A stretch of DNA of 64,000 nucleotides from Candidatus Euphemobacter frigidus. Its GTDB lineage: Bacteria > Auribacterota > Erginobacteria > Erginobacterales > Erginobacteraceae. Below, piece by piece: positions 44,982 to 54,850 of the stretch. The notes below the pieces were generated by a model, which saw only the letters and a program-made list of their open reading frames with translations, had not been told where the DNA came from and ran no database searches. The translations under genes were made by a program, and so were the position numbers. How positions within the stretch are numbered: position 1 is the stretch's first letter; each line of letters starts with the position of its first letter. The stretch covers positions 5,424 to 69,423 of the forward strand of contig JAVCDH010000111.1 of the NCBI GenBank assembly GCA_030765805.1, written 5' to 3'.

Positions 44982-46493
44982 TTATTTTTTCGAAGAGAAA
45001 ATAATCAGCTCGTCTAAGTAACCGTCCCGGTTGGCGTCAAGGCCTCCCATCCGCGCGGGGAGAACGCTTAACAGTTTCTCCGGCAGGGGGGCCGAGGTGA
45101 GATAGGAGATCTCATAGCCGAAGCCCGATCCGTTCAAACGGAAAGCGTGGAGCCAGTATTCGCCGGACGGAGTCAGCTCTAAGAAGACCGGATCCCGCTC
45201 CTCCCCGTCCCCATCCGCGTCCAGAACCGCCAGGCCCAGCAACCGGGAGCCTTCCTGGAGCCCGGGTACGTTGATCTCAGTCCCGGAATCCGGTTCTTCG
45301 ATCTCTTCGCCCACCGGGGGAGCGGTATGTAGATAGAGGGTGTAACCCGCTGGGGTCGCCCGGAGCAATAGAAGCTCATCCTTGATCCCGTCGCCGTCCG
45401 CGTCCAGGGAACCCATCCCTATTAGATTATTGGCCCCGGGGGCCGCGACCCCCAATGACGCAATCGGGGTTAGCGCCGCCTCCGTTTCGGGTTCAAGGGA
45501 GTAAAAATAAAGCACCTCCTGTTCATCGTCCCGGAGGAGAACCACCGCTTCTCCGCAGATGCCGTCCCGGCCGAGGTCAATCCCGCAGACAGCCGTGATC
45601 TTTCCCTCCAGAACGATCTCCCGGGGGGAGGCGAGCCGGGCCACGGAACCGGTCTCAGCATTGATCAGGCCCCACCCCTCCAGGGTCTTTTGCCCGTCCT
45701 CCTCCCGACAAGACGCCAACAGCTCGGAGCAGTAGCCATCCCGGTCAAAATCTATCGTCCCCAGGGCGCTTACCCAGCAGTCGGGGCCCGGGTCCAATTC
45801 CGGAGTCAGGGGGTGGGAGGATGACTCTCCCGGGAAATCACCGGGATAGAAGAGAACGGGTAGATCAAAACTACTCACCTTCCGGGAGGAGTGGGGATAG
45901 AGAAAGAGGAGGGCTTCCACCTCGTCCCGGCTCAACGTCCGCCGGGCTGGACTGGCCGGGGTGATGGTGTCATACATCACGGCGCCGGGGTTGAAGGAGT
46001 GGCCGATCCCCAGGAGATGGCCGATCTCATGGAGAGCGGTCTCAAGAATGCCGGGGGAACCGGGTGACGACCAATCAAAGTCTCTGGTATTGAACTCGAT
46101 ATCGACCTCTTCAATTATTCCCCCCTCGTTCGAATACCAGATAGTCGCGATAGCCACAATCTCCGATCCATACTTCCATCCGTCCCCAACCCAGAGGATA
46201 ATATTGGTTTCATCCTTTACGGCTTCTCCATCTTCAAGACGACCGGCATAGATAAACGCGAGCTCTCCCTGTGACTTCTCTTCCCAAACTTGAAAAGCGC
46301 GGGCCAGATCCCTGGCCGCCACGGGGGTTGGGCCCTCTTGGTAAGAACCGATCATGTAGAAGATGGTGGTGCGGTCCGGGGGCCATTGGAGCATGGTTCC
46401 ATCGTCCACGGTCTTGATGGTAAATGAGAAGACCCCGGATGTGGGAATAAGGACAATAAAGGATAATATCGTTGTTAACAGTACACTCTTCAC
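44982..46493 (-). CDS. secreted metzincin (M10/matrixin-like) zinc metalloprotease with C-terminal FG-GAP/calcium-binding-like repeat region
   Basis: Signal peptide. Zinc motif HEIGHLLGIGHS followed by the Met-turn AVMYD. The C-terminal half contains repeated D-x-D-x-D-G motifs (LDADGDGIKDELL, LDANRDGYLDELI, FDRDGYCSELL). Confidence 0.75.
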   Translation of the reverse strand: MKSVLLTTILSFIVLIPTSGVFSFTIKTVDDGTMLQWPPDRTTIFYMIGSYQEGPTPVAARDLARAFQVWEEKSQGELAFIYAGRLEDGEAVKDETNIILWVGDGWKYGSEIVAIATIWYSNEGGIIEEVDIEFNTRDFDWSSPGSPGILETALHEIGHLLGIGHSFNPGAVMYDTITPASPARRTLSRDEVEALLFLYPHSSRKVSSFDLPVLFYPGDFPGESSSHPLTPELDPGPDCWVSALGTIDFDRDGYCSELLASCREEDGQKTLEGWGLINAETGSVARLASPREIVLEGKITAVCGIDLGRDGICGEAVVLLRDDEQEVLYFYSLEPETEAALTPIASLGVAAPGANNLIGMGSLDADGDGIKDELLLLRATPAGYTLYLHTAPPVGEEIEEPDSGTEINVPGLQEGSRLLGLAVLDADGDGEERDPVFLELTPSGEYWLHAFRLNGSGFGYEISYLTSAPLPEKLLSVLPARMGGLDANRDGYLDELIIFSSKK

Positions 46494-46568
46494 GCTACTA
46501 TTCCTAATGTATATGGAGTAGATTATTTAATAAAACTTACTATAAAAACTCATCTTCCACAAGCTAAA

Positions 46569-47423
46569 TTAATTCGCGGAGTTAGCTTTCAGTATCTTCT
46601 GCTCGGCTTTCGGGCGGGCGCCGGGACCGGTCGGGGTCCGCTCGATCGCCTTCACCACATCGTACCCTCCGGTCACCTCCCCGAAGATGGTGTGATGGTT
46701 GTTCAGCCACGGAGTAGGCGCCACCGTAATAAAAAATTGGGAGCCATTGGTATCCGGGCCGGAATTGGCCATGGCCAGAAGACCCGGTTTATCAAACTGA
46801 AGACCGGGGCTGAACTCGTCCTTAAAGGGCTTACCCCAGAGCGAAGAACCACCCCGGCCGGTCCCGGTCGGGTCACCCCCCTGGATCATGAAACCCGGGA
46901 TCACCCGGTGAAAGATAATCCCGTCGTAGTATCCCTTCTTGACCAGGCCGATAAAATTCTCCACCGTTTTCGGGGCTTTCTCCGGGTAGAGTAACAACTC
47001 TATCCGCCCCCGGGTAGTCTCCAGGATGACCCGCGGCGGGGGCGCTGGCGTCGCTTTTTTCAAAGGTGTCTCCGACGGTTCCGAGACCTTTTCCAGGGCC
47101 GCGACTACCGCCTGAGAGATCAATTTACTGGTATCCGTAGCCCCGGTCACGGCATCGACCCGGGGTGACTGTTCTCTTACGATCCTCTCGCGCATCGTCT
47201 TCTTTACCTCCTCGGTTTGCCAGTCAGGGATCTCTATATATTGAATATCCTTGATCATCCCGTTCTCTATCACCACTTTCAGCCGGACCTGGCCCCAAAC
47301 AATTTTTGGAGACACCCCCTCATAGATCCCGTCCCGGTATGACTGTGCCCGGGCGGATGAGAATATTACCGACAATACCCCAAGAGTGGTAATAGTTAAC
47401 CGGAGCAACTGCTTAAATCTCAT
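46569..47423 (-). CDS. fusion protein: N-terminal FMN-binding domain + C-terminal cyclophilin-type peptidyl-prolyl cis-trans isomerase
   Basis: Signal peptide. FMN_bind-like VDAVTGATDTSKLISQAV. The cyclophilin core is FHRVIPGFMIQGGDPTGTGRGG...GLLAMANSGPDTNGSQFFIT...HHTIFGEV. Confidence 0.8.
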   Translation of the reverse strand: MRFKQLLRLTITTLGVLSVIFSSARAQSYRDGIYEGVSPKIVWGQVRLKVVIENGMIKDIQYIEIPDWQTEEVKKTMRERIVREQSPRVDAVTGATDTSKLISQAVVAALEKVSEPSETPLKKATPAPPPRVILETTRGRIELLLYPEKAPKTVENFIGLVKKGYYDGIIFHRVIPGFMIQGGDPTGTGRGGSSLWGKPFKDEFSPGLQFDKPGLLAMANSGPDTNGSQFFITVAPTPWLNNHHTIFGEVTGGYDVVKAIERTPTGPGARPKAEQKILKANSAN

Positions 47424-47425
47424 AT

Positions 47426-49267
47426 TTATTCTCCATAATGAGATTTGGGATTTTCAGCCATAGGCTGATCAGCCTCCGGCGGAAGGATCTCAAAGAACCT
47501 CACCATCACCTCTCGCTCAAGATCGATCTTCTCATAGATCGGCCGGAAGAACCTCAACTTCTTCGGTTCATAGATGAGGCGAAAGAGAAACGTCCGGCGC
47601 ATCCTCGATAAGCGGCGGATATGATCGGGACGGGGACCGATGCTGGTACTGCCCCGCATGTTGAAAGTGTCATTTTTTTGATCGACGCCGGTTACGCTGA
47701 AGTAGCGGGTACAGATATGAACATACCTTACTCCGCGCCCGATTAATTCCCGGGCTGCGTCCTCCTCATCTTCCCAGTAGAGCCGGGAGAGGGAGAGATC
47801 TATCCGCGCCGGGGTGGTAATAGGAACCAGGTGGGTGACCGCTTCGATAAAATAGCCCTGGTTCCAGGACGCGAAGATCTTCTCTCCCGGCCGGGAATGG
47901 TCGTTCAACCATCGATAAGCCTCGTATTCAACCTGATCACTACTGGTCCGGGCAGCCAGCAGGACCCAGCCGCCCTGAAGAAAGGCAATGATCAGGAGTA
48001 AAGCGAAGGCCGGCCGGCTTCTTTTCCAGACCGGCAGAAGAACCCAGATGATGGTCACGACAAAGAATCCGGCGAACAACCAGCCGCAGCGCAGAAGAAC
48101 CGGATTGGGCCGAAACACCGGATCGGACAATGTCCTGCCGATCGTCTCCCACAATTGAGAAAGGCTGTAGGGAAGCCCGACATACAGTCGGGCGGCGATC
48201 CCCGGGAATAAAAGGTCAATCGCCAGATAGAGAAGAACTGTGGCCACGGTCACCAGGGCGGCGGTTTTCTTCCAATGCGCGAGTCCCAGCGCCGTCAGCA
48301 TCACCACCGAGAGATCGAGGAGCCGGGCTCCCCGGTTCACGACCAGGGCCAGGGCCATACTGAAGCAGAAGAGACTCAACCCAAAAAACTCCTTCTTCTT
48401 CAAGGCCGTCCAGAACCCCCAGGGAAGGAAGAAGATGAAGAGAGTGTACCGGCCCCAGAAGGCGTCCCGGGGCAGCGGCTGGAGATCGCCGACGACAATC
48501 TTGACCTGCGCCGTGAGATCGATCCCCCTGAACTTCAGGGCCAGGGGGGCGATCCACTCCAGCAGGTGCGCCTTCATGATCCTGAAGAGGGCATAATTCA
48601 ACAGGAGGAGCCCGAGCAGAAAGAGAGCGGCCGCCCATAACGACGGGTTACCTCCCAGCCGGAGACGGAAAAAATACCAGAGGCAGTAGAGGATGACAAT
48701 GACCAGGGCGCCGGCCATCAAGGGCCCGATCTCCAACCCCAGAAGCAGGCAGAGGACCGCGAGAAACGCCGCCGGCGCACGCCTCCCGGGCCTTTTCGCT
48801 CCCCGGATAGCCGTGCCGGTCGACCAGAAGAAGAGGACCATCAGGGGAACCTGAACCAGGTCGTGAGAGAAGTTGACCAGCGAGAGGGTCAGGGGCGCGG
48901 GCAGCAGGGCGAAGACCACCCCGCCCCAAAAACCCGTCTCCCGGCCGGCCCAGCTATCGAGCCAGAAGAAGATCAGAACCGCGGTAACGGCGGAGATAAG
49001 GGCCGCCTCGAAGGCCACTGCCTGATAAAGAACCGCTCCGGGCAGGAGCAAACCGGGGACCCGAAGCAGAAGAAAAGTGGGATCGAGTGTGGAGAGGGTA
49101 AACACTCCCCGGGCGACACCGTAATAAAACCAGATCTCGATCAGGTGAGAAGAGTGCCAGCCGAAGCGGAAGAAGAAGACGAGATCAAGGACAAGGCGGA
49201 GAAGAAAGGCAGCCAGGAAGACGGTGAGTGCAAGCAGGACTTTACGCTGTTTATGGGAGTCGGACAT
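47426..49267 (-). CDS. polytopic membrane protein, GT-C-fold glycosyltransferase-like (ArnT/PMT-like), with C-terminal soluble domain
   Basis: At least 12 predicted TM helices over the N-terminal 430 aa, then a soluble domain of about 180 aa. No catalytic motif was confidently recognised. Confidence 0.35.
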   Translation of the reverse strand: MSDSHKQRKVLLALTVFLAAFLLRLVLDLVFFFRFGWHSSHLIEIWFYYGVARGVFTLSTLDPTFLLLRVPGLLLPGAVLYQAVAFEAALISAVTAVLIFFWLDSWAGRETGFWGGVVFALLPAPLTLSLVNFSHDLVQVPLMVLFFWSTGTAIRGAKRPGRRAPAAFLAVLCLLLGLEIGPLMAGALVIVILYCLWYFFRLRLGGNPSLWAAALFLLGLLLLNYALFRIMKAHLLEWIAPLALKFRGIDLTAQVKIVVGDLQPLPRDAFWGRYTLFIFFLPWGFWTALKKKEFFGLSLFCFSMALALVVNRGARLLDLSVVMLTALGLAHWKKTAALVTVATVLLYLAIDLLFPGIAARLYVGLPYSLSQLWETIGRTLSDPVFRPNPVLLRCGWLFAGFFVVTIIWVLLPVWKRSRPAFALLLIIAFLQGGWVLLAARTSSDQVEYEAYRWLNDHSRPGEKIFASWNQGYFIEAVTHLVPITTPARIDLSLSRLYWEDEEDAARELIGRGVRYVHICTRYFSVTGVDQKNDTFNMRGSTSIGPRPDHIRRLSRMRRTFLFRLIYEPKKLRFFRPIYEKIDLEREVMVRFFEILPPEADQPMAENPKSHYGE

Positions 49268-49433
49268 GGGACTTTCAAGTGCGAAGTGCGAAGTGACTAA
49301 AGTTCGAAGTTGTCGCCTCGCATGGACGGCCGTTGAACGCTGGATGTTGAAAGTTGAGCTCCTGCCCGCCGAAACCTTAGCTGATGAGTGTTGAATGTTC
49401 GGTCTTTAAATGTTCGAAGTTCAGTCTTTCCCA
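49268..49433. repeat. spacer rich in GTGCGAA/GTTCGAA/GTTGAA-type short tandem repeats
   Basis: caagtgcgaagtgcgaagtgactaaagttcgaagtt ... gttgaacg ... gttgaaagttgagc ... gttgaatgttcgg ... aatgttcgaagttcag, read directly from the sequence. Confidence 0.8.
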
Positions 49434-50417
49434 TCACCCCGCCTCTCCTCTCCGGAAGAGGTCGAGGAACCGGTCTTCATAGATATGGTAGACCCCCCAT
49501 TTATCCAGCTCTTCCTTGAGCCGGGGCGCCCGCAAGGGATCTTGCTTGACCTGACGGAAGAGTTCTTCAATTCGCAGCCGGGCGGTATCGGAGAGCGGCT
49601 TACTCTCCTCCTCCTCTTCTTCTTCCTCCTCTTCATCCTCGACCAACCCGCCGAATTCCATCGAATCCTCGTCGGAGTGGATAAATGTCTCCATTGTCTC
49701 CTGGGTTTTCTTCCCGATCCGGGAAATTTCACGGTCGAATTTTTTAATATCATCTTCAAGAGAGTGAAAGTCAATTCGAAGAGAGAGCAGGGTCTGGAGG
49801 AGGTGGAGGACAGACCAGGCGGCCCGCGGGTTCTCGAGGTTAACGGTATAGTAGGGGATCTCTCCCAGCAGGCATATCCCGGAGATGCCGGTTTGAGAAG
49901 CTACCCCTATCAACAGACCGTTCAGGCCGCTGATATTTCCCATCTCCAGCATATCAACATTCTGCCCGATCAGGTACTCCTTCAAGGACACGTGATTGGC
50001 AACCCCCCAGACCCGGGGGGTATCTTTATGCTGGATGGGGGCCGGGGCGGCGGCAAAGGTCCAGAGCCGGAAGACGTTCATCCGGGCAGCCAGACCGAGT
50101 ACCTCTCGGGCCATCCGGAACTGGAGCGGAGTGGAGGGCTGGGAATCACCCAAAAAGAAGATCAGATCGCTCCCCGAGTACGGGTTCTTCCAGAAGTAGA
50201 AATTACTGGCCGGCAGGGAAGGGATCCGGGCCACGCTATCTTCAACAACCACACTCGAGGGAGAGAAATAATCCCCGGGATGGATAAAAGCAAACCGTTC
50301 CGCTTCCAAGGAATCCACCAGGTAGGAGACCGTCTTGGAAGCGACATAACCCATCCCCGGCCAGGCGATCAGCAGCTGGGGATGATCCAACCGGGGCTGT
50401 TTGAGATAGGTGATCAT
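49434..50417 (-). CDS. PAC2-family (proteasome-assembly-chaperone-2-like, COG1938) protein with poly-Glu segment
   Basis: N-terminal LLIAWPGMGYVASKTVSYLVDSL resembles the PAC2/DUF75 family. Contains EDEEEEEEEEEES. Confidence 0.45.
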   Translation of the reverse strand: MITYLKQPRLDHPQLLIAWPGMGYVASKTVSYLVDSLEAERFAFIHPGDYFSPSSVVVEDSVARIPSLPASNFYFWKNPYSGSDLIFFLGDSQPSTPLQFRMAREVLGLAARMNVFRLWTFAAAPAPIQHKDTPRVWGVANHVSLKEYLIGQNVDMLEMGNISGLNGLLIGVASQTGISGICLLGEIPYYTVNLENPRAAWSVLHLLQTLLSLRIDFHSLEDDIKKFDREISRIGKKTQETMETFIHSDEDSMEFGGLVEDEEEEEEEEEESKPLSDTARLRIEELFRQVKQDPLRAPRLKEELDKWGVYHIYEDRFLDLFRRGEAG

Positions 50418-50477
50418 TTAAGGTTCTCGGAGGGGGTGGGCTCTCCACAGTGAGAACAGGTGATCAGTCCGTCGTTT

Positions 50478-51845
50478 TTATGCGCGTCCACCGGATAGAA
50501 GCTTCTTCACGCGGCGTTCGTAATCCCGCGCGGCGCCTTCCAGGCCGCTCGCTCGGCTGACCCGGACCAGCAGCTTCAGTGCCTTGATCTTATCCTGGAT
50601 AAAGCTCCCCTCGGAACCTTCGGCGGCCGCCCGGGCCAGCTGGACGGCGGACCGGGTCATCCCCCGCCGGAACTGGGCCTCGGCAAGGTTGAGCAAGGTC
50701 AGGATATTACCCGGAAAAGTGATCAGCAACTGTTCCAGGACTTCCTTCGCCTCGGCCAGTTTCTTCTCCTTCTCCAGTTGATGGGCCAGATCGATAAAAG
50801 CGTTGAAGGCGTCCGAATCGGCAATCAGCGCTTTCTCGATCCGGGAGTGGACTTCCGCTTTGAATTCGTCATCCAGAGCCCGGTACCCCTCCGCCAGAAT
50901 CGCATGGGCATGGACCAGTTCCATCGGATAATAGAACGGGGTCTCGCTCAGTCCATCAACCGCCAGCTCGACCGCTTTTTTATGGTTGCCTTTCCTCAGA
51001 TAATATTCCGCCAGCGCCAGTTTGGATCGGGAATCCCAGGGCTCGCGCTTCTTCTTCTGGACCCGGAGGATCTGATCCACCCACTTCTTCGCTTCATCCA
51101 GCTTGTCCTGGCGGAGGGCCAGCTCGGCCAGCTCGATGTGAGCCTGGTAGGAATCACGATCTTGCTCCAGAATCTTAAAGAACCAGTTCCGGGCCAGGCC
51201 GTATCTGCCCAGGTCGAGATTGGCCAGGCCGATCAGCTTTACGGCGTCCAGATCATCGGGTTTGTACCGGAGAGCCTTCTTCAGAAACTTGATCCCTTCC
51301 ACTTTTTGGCCGTCCTTCATATAAAGCCGCCCCAGCTTCTTTACCAGCTGATGAGAAGGCCCGCAGTGACGGATGGCTGCCTTGATGTTCTGGATGCCCC
51401 TTTTATGAGCGCCCATCGCGAAGAGGAGATCATAGAGGGGGATATATGATCTCTCCTTGAAGGGATGCCGGGAAGGAATGCTTTTCAGGATGGCGACCGC
51501 GCCTTCATAATCCCCTTTCTTCTGGTGGATGCGGGACAGGCGAAGATAAGCCGGCCAGCTCTCACCCTCTTTAATCAGCTTTCGGTAGATCTCGGCCGCG
51601 CGGGCCGTCCGCCCCATATCTTCGTAGAGACCGGCCAGCTGCTCGCGAGTCAAGCGATCTTTGGGAAAATAGGTCAGGGCCAACCGCAAGACCTTTTCCG
51701 CTCCCTCCGTATCTCCTTCCCGGGCCAGGAGCCGGGCCAGGTGTTTATATCCCTCCAAACGAGAAGGATGGAGAACAAGCCTCTCCAAGACCTTTCTCTG
51801 CTTGGGGGTCTTCAACCGCAATTTCAAATCTTTAATCGTCTTCAT
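50478..51845 (-). CDS. tetratricopeptide (TPR) repeat protein
   Basis: 455 aa, alpha-helical throughout, with recurring 34-aa W-LG-Y/A-F-A-P TPR-like units (YEGAVAILK, EGIKFLKKALRYKPDD, WFFKILEQDRDSYQAHIELAEL). Confidence 0.75.
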   Translation of the reverse strand: MKTIKDLKLRLKTPKQRKVLERLVLHPSRLEGYKHLARLLAREGDTEGAEKVLRLALTYFPKDRLTREQLAGLYEDMGRTARAAEIYRKLIKEGESWPAYLRLSRIHQKKGDYEGAVAILKSIPSRHPFKERSYIPLYDLLFAMGAHKRGIQNIKAAIRHCGPSHQLVKKLGRLYMKDGQKVEGIKFLKKALRYKPDDLDAVKLIGLANLDLGRYGLARNWFFKILEQDRDSYQAHIELAELALRQDKLDEAKKWVDQILRVQKKKREPWDSRSKLALAEYYLRKGNHKKAVELAVDGLSETPFYYPMELVHAHAILAEGYRALDDEFKAEVHSRIEKALIADSDAFNAFIDLAHQLEKEKKLAEAKEVLEQLLITFPGNILTLLNLAEAQFRRGMTRSAVQLARAAAEGSEGSFIQDKIKALKLLVRVSRASGLEGAARDYERRVKKLLSGGRA

Positions 51846-51980
51846 TCGTTAAATTTTCCTCCGGAAAATTTAAATTGGTTTGAGGTCAACTATAACCGGG
51901 ATAACCATGTCCTTATAATAATAAATGATCGGTAAGAAGTAAATGTATTAATCAGCCGTCGCCCTTCGGGCTTTGGCGGA

Positions 51981-53114
51981 TTAATATATGCTCCCCCCGA
52001 TGAACTCACGGATCAGAGAGGAGGGCGAGATAACCGAGTCATCTTCCAACACGTCGATCTCCTCCAGATAGTTGAGACACCGGGCCCCTCTCCGGCGAGC
52101 GTCCTCTTTTCCGGTCTGGCCGGCGTACTCTTCCACGGCCGCCTTCAACGATTCATAGAGATACTTCTTATAGACCGGGAGCTCATAAGGGAGATAGCCG
52201 TTGATCACCGCCTCCGCCTGTCCGATGAACGGTACGATAAACTCCTTCTCCGCTTGCCGGACGTAATGCCAGTGTCCGAGCGTCCTGACCGGGGTATAGT
52301 TGCGCTGAAGGTTATCCCGGACCATTCTGCGCAGGAGACGGATGTCCGTCCAGGGGATGAAGTTATCCGCCCCGTCCTGGAGCTGGCAGACGGTCTCGAT
52401 ATAGACCCGGAACTGTATCTCCCCCGGGATACCGGCCGTCATCGGTTGATAAAAGGCGTGCAGTCCTTCCATGACCAGCAGTTGACCGTCCAAAAGTTTC
52501 ATCTTCTCCCACTTTTCCTTCCGGCCGCCGGCCATGAAGTCGTAAACCGGGACCGTGGTTTCCTTCCCGGCCAGAAGGTCCCGGAGGTTCTGGTTGATCG
52601 TCTCGATATCCAGGGCCTGGGGGGATTCGAATTGATAATCCCCGAATTCGTCCTGGGGCTGGTCCTTCAGGTTCCAGAAGTAGTTATCCAGGGACAGTAG
52701 CTGCGGATCCTCGCCCATGGCCCGGAGAGCTTCACAGAGTTTGAGGGTGGTGGTAGTCTTGCCGGATGAACTGGGGCCGGCCACGATCACCAGCCGGATG
52801 GTGTCGCGCCTCTCCATGATCTCCCCCGCTATCTTCCAGATTGACCCTTCATAGGCCCGGTCGGCGTCGCGGATAACATCCCGGTATCCCCCGAACGCCA
52901 TCCGGCGATTGATGCCCTCGATCGTGCCCATGTCCCGGGCGCGGTTCCAGGCCCGGGCTCGGGTAACTATCTCCATCTCATAGATTTTTTCCCACTCGAG
53001 CTGTTCCGGCCCCGGAAGCGGCGGCATCACTACTTCTTTCTTCTTTCGCTTTGGGCTCTTTCGGGCAGTTAGTTTCTTCGGCGGCCGGGCGAAGGTTTTC
53101 TTCTTCTCATTCAC
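51981..53114 (-). CDS. P-loop NTPase of the uridine-kinase/phosphoribulokinase-like family with Lys-rich N-terminus
   Basis: Walker A motif IVAGPSSSGKTTTT. Downstream LLSLDNYF is uridine-kinase-like. Exact substrate unknown. Confidence 0.45.
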   Translation of the reverse strand: MNEKKKTFARPPKKLTARKSPKRKKKEVVMPPLPGPEQLEWEKIYEMEIVTRARAWNRARDMGTIEGINRRMAFGGYRDVIRDADRAYEGSIWKIAGEIMERRDTIRLVIVAGPSSSGKTTTTLKLCEALRAMGEDPQLLSLDNYFWNLKDQPQDEFGDYQFESPQALDIETINQNLRDLLAGKETTVPVYDFMAGGRKEKWEKMKLLDGQLLVMEGLHAFYQPMTAGIPGEIQFRVYIETVCQLQDGADNFIPWTDIRLLRRMVRDNLQRNYTPVRTLGHWHYVRQAEKEFIVPFIGQAEAVINGYLPYELPVYKKYLYESLKAAVEEYAGQTGKEDARRRGARCLNYLEEIDVLEDDSVISPSSLIREFIGGSIY

Positions 53115-53209
53115 AATCAGTTACTCCTTTTACAATTTGCTATTTTAGGGGGTGGAGTCTATTCACTCGCCCGGGAAAGTCAACTGAAAATAAATTTGTG
53201 AGCATTATA

Positions 53210-54220
53210 TCAGTAAAACTTTTTCACCACCTTACCGGTCCGGGCGGACCGGTAAAGTGCCGCGATTACCTCCGCGTTCTCCCGGCTCTCCTCCAGGTTA
53301 TAGGCCGGCGGCACCCCGTCCAGGACGGCGGATTCCAGCGTTTCGATCTCACAGAGGTAGGGGTCTCTGGCCAAGGTGGAGATCTCGGTCTCGGTATCGT
53401 CGGGGGCGACGTGAACCAGGTCGCTCACTTTTCCGTCGAGATCGGGCTGCCAGGGGTTAAGGACCCGGAGCAGGCCTTTCTCCCCCACGACTTCCGCTCC
53501 CACTCCGTAAGGAAGAGAGAAGGCGCAGTCGATCTGGGCGATAATATCGTTGGAGTAATTCAGCTGGCAGGCCGATATGACATCAACACCGGTGGGGCCA
53601 GTCTGTTGTCGGGCGAAGACTTCGACCGGTGGCGCGCCGATGATCGCCCGGCAGAAACTCACCGGATAGCAGCCCACGTCCCACAGGACACCGCCTCCCA
53701 GTTCTTTCGACCAGCGGATGTTACTTCCCCGGGGGAGGAAAAAACGAAACCAGGCCCGGATCAACCGCACCCTCCCGATCAACCCATCGGCGATGAAAGA
53801 TTTCAACCGCAAGAACTGCGGGTGCATCAGATAGGCCATGGCCTCGATCACTACTAATTTCCTTCCGCGGGCCTCCGCCGCCATCCGCTCGACTTCCGTC
53901 CCGGAAAGAGCCAGGGGTTTCTCGCAGAGGACATGCTTGCCGGAACGGCCCGCCCGGAGCACCCACTCACCGTGAAGGCTGTTAGGGAGGGAGATATAGA
54001 CGACGTTAATCCCGGGATTGGCCAGAAGCTCCTCATAGGAGTTAAAGGCCCGGGGAATCTCCCACCGGGAAGCGAACCGCCGGGTCCGCTCGGGGTCCCG
54101 GCCGGCCACCCCCACCAACTCGGAGCGGGAAGCCTTCTTGATCTGAGGGATAATCCTCCGGTTGATCCGGGCAGTGGAGAGGATCCCCCAGTTAAGTTTA
54201 TCAAGCGGGCGGTTATTCAT
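53210..54220 (-). CDS. Gfo/Idh/MocA-family NAD(P)-dependent oxidoreductase
   Basis: LNWGILSTARINRRIIPQ Rossmann start and the EKP motif (HVLCEKPLAL). 336 aa. Confidence 0.85.
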   Translation of the reverse strand: MNNRPLDKLNWGILSTARINRRIIPQIKKASRSELVGVAGRDPERTRRFASRWEIPRAFNSYEELLANPGINVVYISLPNSLHGEWVLRAGRSGKHVLCEKPLALSGTEVERMAAEARGRKLVVIEAMAYLMHPQFLRLKSFIADGLIGRVRLIRAWFRFFLPRGSNIRWSKELGGGVLWDVGCYPVSFCRAIIGAPPVEVFARQQTGPTGVDVISACQLNYSNDIIAQIDCAFSLPYGVGAEVVGEKGLLRVLNPWQPDLDGKVSDLVHVAPDDTETEISTLARDPYLCEIETLESAVLDGVPPAYNLEESRENAEVIAALYRSARTGKVVKKFY

Positions 54221-54759
54221 TTTATTGCGCGGGACCAGCTATTGAACCAGGCTCTCTCCCCGAAGGGCTTCTTATCTTTTCGCGGGCCTTCCTCGACGGG
54301 AACGCCAACCGGGAGGATAACCCGGACGATCTTCTCCGCCGGGACCCCCAGGAGTCCCCCGATCTTCTCCGCCCGTCCCTCCAGACGCAGCCAGCCGTCT
54401 ATCCACACCGAACCATATCCGAGCGCCGTGATTGCCAGTAACATATTCTCCACCGCCGCCGCGCAATCCTCTATCTGGAAGGAGTATCCCTCATAAATCG
54501 CCTCGGGCTTTCGGTCGATGACGCAGGCAATCAGGGCCCGGGCCTCGCGCAGGGCCCGGTTCTTCAGGTGCATCATGCCAATCTCCCGAACCAGGACCAG
54601 GTCATCAACAATAATAAAGGTGGTAGTCTGGCCGTTCACGCCCGAGGGGGCCTTGAGACCGGCTTCCACTATCTTCTTCAGATCCTCGCGCGGAACTTCT
54701 TTATCCTCAAAGGCACCACGATAGCTGTAACGCCGTCTGATCGCTTCAAACAGTTCCAT
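54217..54759 (-). CDS. nitroreductase-family protein
   Basis: MELFEAIRRRYSYRGAFEDKEVPREDLKKIVEAGLKAPSGVNGQTTTFIIV is the nitroreductase signature. SD gaggagg lies 5 nt before this ATG. The longer ORF to 54804 is unlikely. Confidence 0.8.
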   Translation of the reverse strand: MELFEAIRRRYSYRGAFEDKEVPREDLKKIVEAGLKAPSGVNGQTTTFIIVDDLVLVREIGMMHLKNRALREARALIACVIDRKPEAIYEGYSFQIEDCAAAVENMLLAITALGYGSVWIDGWLRLEGRAEKIGGLLGVPAEKIVRVILPVGVPVEEGPRKDKKPFGERAWFNSWSRAIK

Positions 54760-54850
54760 AACAACCTCCTCAATAGGGGACTGCTGCCTCGTCTGTCCAA
54801 ACACACAAAATAACTAAAAATTAACTCCCAGGGAACTCACTATATATATA

